Virus record (IMG/VR): IMGVR_UViG_3300025809_000002
Coordinates: 1 to 56,873 of that record
Source of the DNA: a virus
Taxonomy: Duplodnaviria > Caudoviricetes
Reading direction: 5' to 3' (one strand)
Length of the DNA: 56,873 nt
Part shown: positions 55,179 through 56,873 of the stretch, piece by piece
Layout: every line of letters begins with the position of its first letter
Numbering within the stretch: the stretch's first letter is position 1
Position numbers and translations under genes: made by a program
Notes under the pieces: generated by a model
What the model was told of the DNA's origin: nothing
What the model saw: the letters and a program-made list of their open reading frames with translations, nothing else
Databases searched by the model: none

Positions 55179-55199
55179 TTTTTCCTGAAAGGAAACATC

Positions 55200-55916
55200 A
55201 TGTACAAAACCAAAAACCTGCTTTCCGTAGGAAACGATGCCAAAACCGTTAAAGGTGAGGCACTAGGTTTTCTGACAGGTATTTTATACCTGTTGCCGTC
55301 AGATCAGTCTGGCTATCAGGTTTGCCCTATGGCTAAGAAGGCACGGTGTGAAACACCCTGTCTCAATTCTGCAGGGCGAGGGGCTTTCAATTCGGTGCAG
55401 CTTTCCCGTCTCAATAAAACCTTATGGTTTTTTGAAGATCGTGACAGCTTCATGGCTCAGTTGGTTAAGAACATTAGTTCTTTGGTTAAGAAGGCTAACA
55501 AACAAGGTTTGTCACCAAGGGTGAGGCTCAACGGCACCAGTGATATCCGATGGGAAACCGTAAGGTTTACTGTTGATGGCACTGAATACAGCAACATCTT
55601 TCAGATGTTCCCTGATGTAATATTTTATGATTACACCAAGGATGCAAATCGCTCAGAATTGCCTAGCAATTATGATCTGACGTTTTCTTACTCTGGTGTA
55701 GACGAATTTCAACCTTATGTTGAAAAGGCACTGGATAAGGGTATGAGAATGGCGGTTGTCTTCCGTAAGGAAAATCAAATCCCTGCCACTTTCCGAGGCA
55801 TCCCCGTTGTCTCTGGAGACAAGTCAGATGTTCGTGACCTTGATGATCAAGGTGTCATTGTTGGGCTTTATGCCAAAGGCAAAGCGGTGTACGACACCAC
55901 TGGCTTTGTTGTTTAA
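55200..55916 (+). CDS. GP88-like (radical-SAM-related) protein
   Basis: CP.A...C...CL..AGRG, RLNGTSDI, FYDYTK and D..D.R..D motifs. Confidence 0.8.
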   Translation: MYKTKNLLSVGNDAKTVKGEALGFLTGILYLLPSDQSGYQVCPMAKKARCETPCLNSAGRGAFNSVQLSRLNKTLWFFEDRDSFMAQLVKNISSLVKKANKQGLSPRVRLNGTSDIRWETVRFTVDGTEYSNIFQMFPDVIFYDYTKDANRSELPSNYDLTFSYSGVDEFQPYVEKALDKGMRMAVVFRKENQIPATFRGIPVVSGDKSDVRDLDDQGVIVGLYAKGKAVYDTTGFVV

Positions 55917-55931
55917 CCAAGGAGAAAAATT

Positions 55932-56105
55932 ATGAATTTTTTACGTAAACACTTCGGCTACCGAGTCTACGGATTCGGCTACTCAAAAGAACACCGCACA
56001 TTCTCTCGCCGTGAGGCACTGGCTTGGGTCAGTTGCTATGACGAAGGGGCTTTGGTGATTCGCCGCCACAAGGTGGTGATGGTCAGACGTAGTCTGTTTG
56101 CTTAG
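55932..56105 (+). CDS. Hypothetical 57-aa protein (not in ORF track)
   Basis: AAGGAG RBS; MNFLRKHFGYRVYG... Confidence 0.65.
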   Translation: MNFLRKHFGYRVYGFGYSKEHRTFSRREALAWVSCYDEGALVIRRHKVVMVRRSLFA

Positions 56106-56147
56106 GGTTTTCACCTATAGCATTGCTCTGATGCAGTGCTATAGAAT
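56103..56147 (+). promoter_or_regulatory. Early promoter: TAGGGTTTTCACCTA, 24 bp, TAGAAT
   Basis: Shared architecture. Confidence 0.7.
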
Positions 56148-56194
56148 GAATGTCCTAGGGCGATGTTGCCCTGCTCTTCCTGAAAGGAAACACC

Positions 56195-56584
56195 ATGAAA
56201 GTCTTCGTATACTTCAACCTGCACCGCAAGTGCTTCAGTGTTAAGGCACTGGAGGGTGCTAAGAAGGGGCGTGTCGTTGCTCATGTCAACGATGCCATCG
56301 TTTACAACCCCACCTTTAAGGTGTCGGAAGCAGGGCGGCAGAGGGTGCTGAGAGAACGTAAGAAGAATGTCCATGCAGGAGTTGTTGGGCAATGGTTTGA
56401 GGGTGAGTTCAACGCCAAGCGTTGTGCTGAGTTGATGGAATACACTGGCAGAGCCGTGACCTATAACCCTTATAGGTTTGACAGCTTTGTATACAAAAAC
56501 ACTGAGACGCCGATCAATGATCAGCCTCGTGTCGCCGCCTTGCACTCTGATGGGGTCAAGGCATCTATATTCGCTAACCTTTAA
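56195..56584 (+). CDS. Conserved phage early protein
   Basis: VY.NLH, GRV..H, GR.RVLRE..KNVHA and YNPY motifs. Confidence 0.8.
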   Translation: MKVFVYFNLHRKCFSVKALEGAKKGRVVAHVNDAIVYNPTFKVSEAGRQRVLRERKKNVHAGVVGQWFEGEFNAKRCAELMEYTGRAVTYNPYRFDSFVYKNTETPINDQPRVAALHSDGVKASIFANL

Positions 56585-56593
56585 GGAAACACA

Positions 56594-56782
56594 ATGAAAA
56601 TAACTGAAGCCTTGGACATCATAGATGATGTTCGCATCAACCTGAGCCAAGGGTTGTTAGAGACGCTGATGATCATGGGGGAAACCCCTGATTATTTCAG
56701 TGACACTGAGATGGTTGCCTACCGTAGGGTGATGGTAGACTTTCGTAAATTACTTGCTCCAAAGGAGGACAGCAATGAATGA
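56594..56782 (+). CDS. Hypothetical protein
   Basis: AAGGA RBS. Confidence 0.65.
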   Translation: MKITEALDIIDDVRINLSQGLLETLMIMGETPDYFSDTEMVAYRRVMVDFRKLLAPKEDSNE

Positions 56783-56873
56783 GTTGTACGATCAAGTTGA
56801 GGAACTGTTAGACGAACACCATGAGGCTGAGATCAGCGCTCTGTTAGGTATCTCTGATACAGTCGCTAAGCTA
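56747..56873. repeat. Terminal direct repeat, right copy
   Basis: Identical to 1-127. Confidence 0.95.

Overview
This window is a complete, circularly assembled ~56.7 kb podovirus-type phage genome; the first and last 127 bp are identical (assembly overlap). It has two convergent arms. The + strand early/replication arm (54972 through the window end, continuing 1-17603) encodes small early proteins, GP88-like and DUF932 proteins, a SleB-like hydrolase, an ADP-ribosylglycohydrolase, a tyrosine integrase, ThyX, a T7-like primase-helicase, family A DNA polymerase and exonuclease, HNH, MazG, class Ia RNR, thioredoxin and tRNA-Arg(TCT). The - strand late arm (53331-17604) encodes small basic proteins, terminase, portal, scaffold, capsid, adaptor/nozzle, a multi-gene tail-fibre cluster, lysis genes and large internal virion proteins. 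No phage RNA polymerase was found; late genes have near-consensus sigma70 promoters. Capsid sequence and gene order resemble HMO-2011-related aquatic podoviruses (from memory, not a search). The most notable observations are: (1) a [MFYL]-A-x-G-G motif repeated 11 times in four late proteins, one of which carries a lambda gpH-like GEFV domain, a candidate virion sorting/processing system; (2) an ADP-ribosyltransferase-like cassette bounded by that motif in the largest internal protein, together with an early ADP-ribosylglycohydrolase; (3) a ~280-nt structured non-coding RNA candidate with its own promoter, plus structured capsid and scaffold leaders; (4) a conserved early promoter with a TAGGG-N5/6-CCCTA-type palindrome exactly 24 bp before the -10 box. 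All family assignments are by visual motif recognition.
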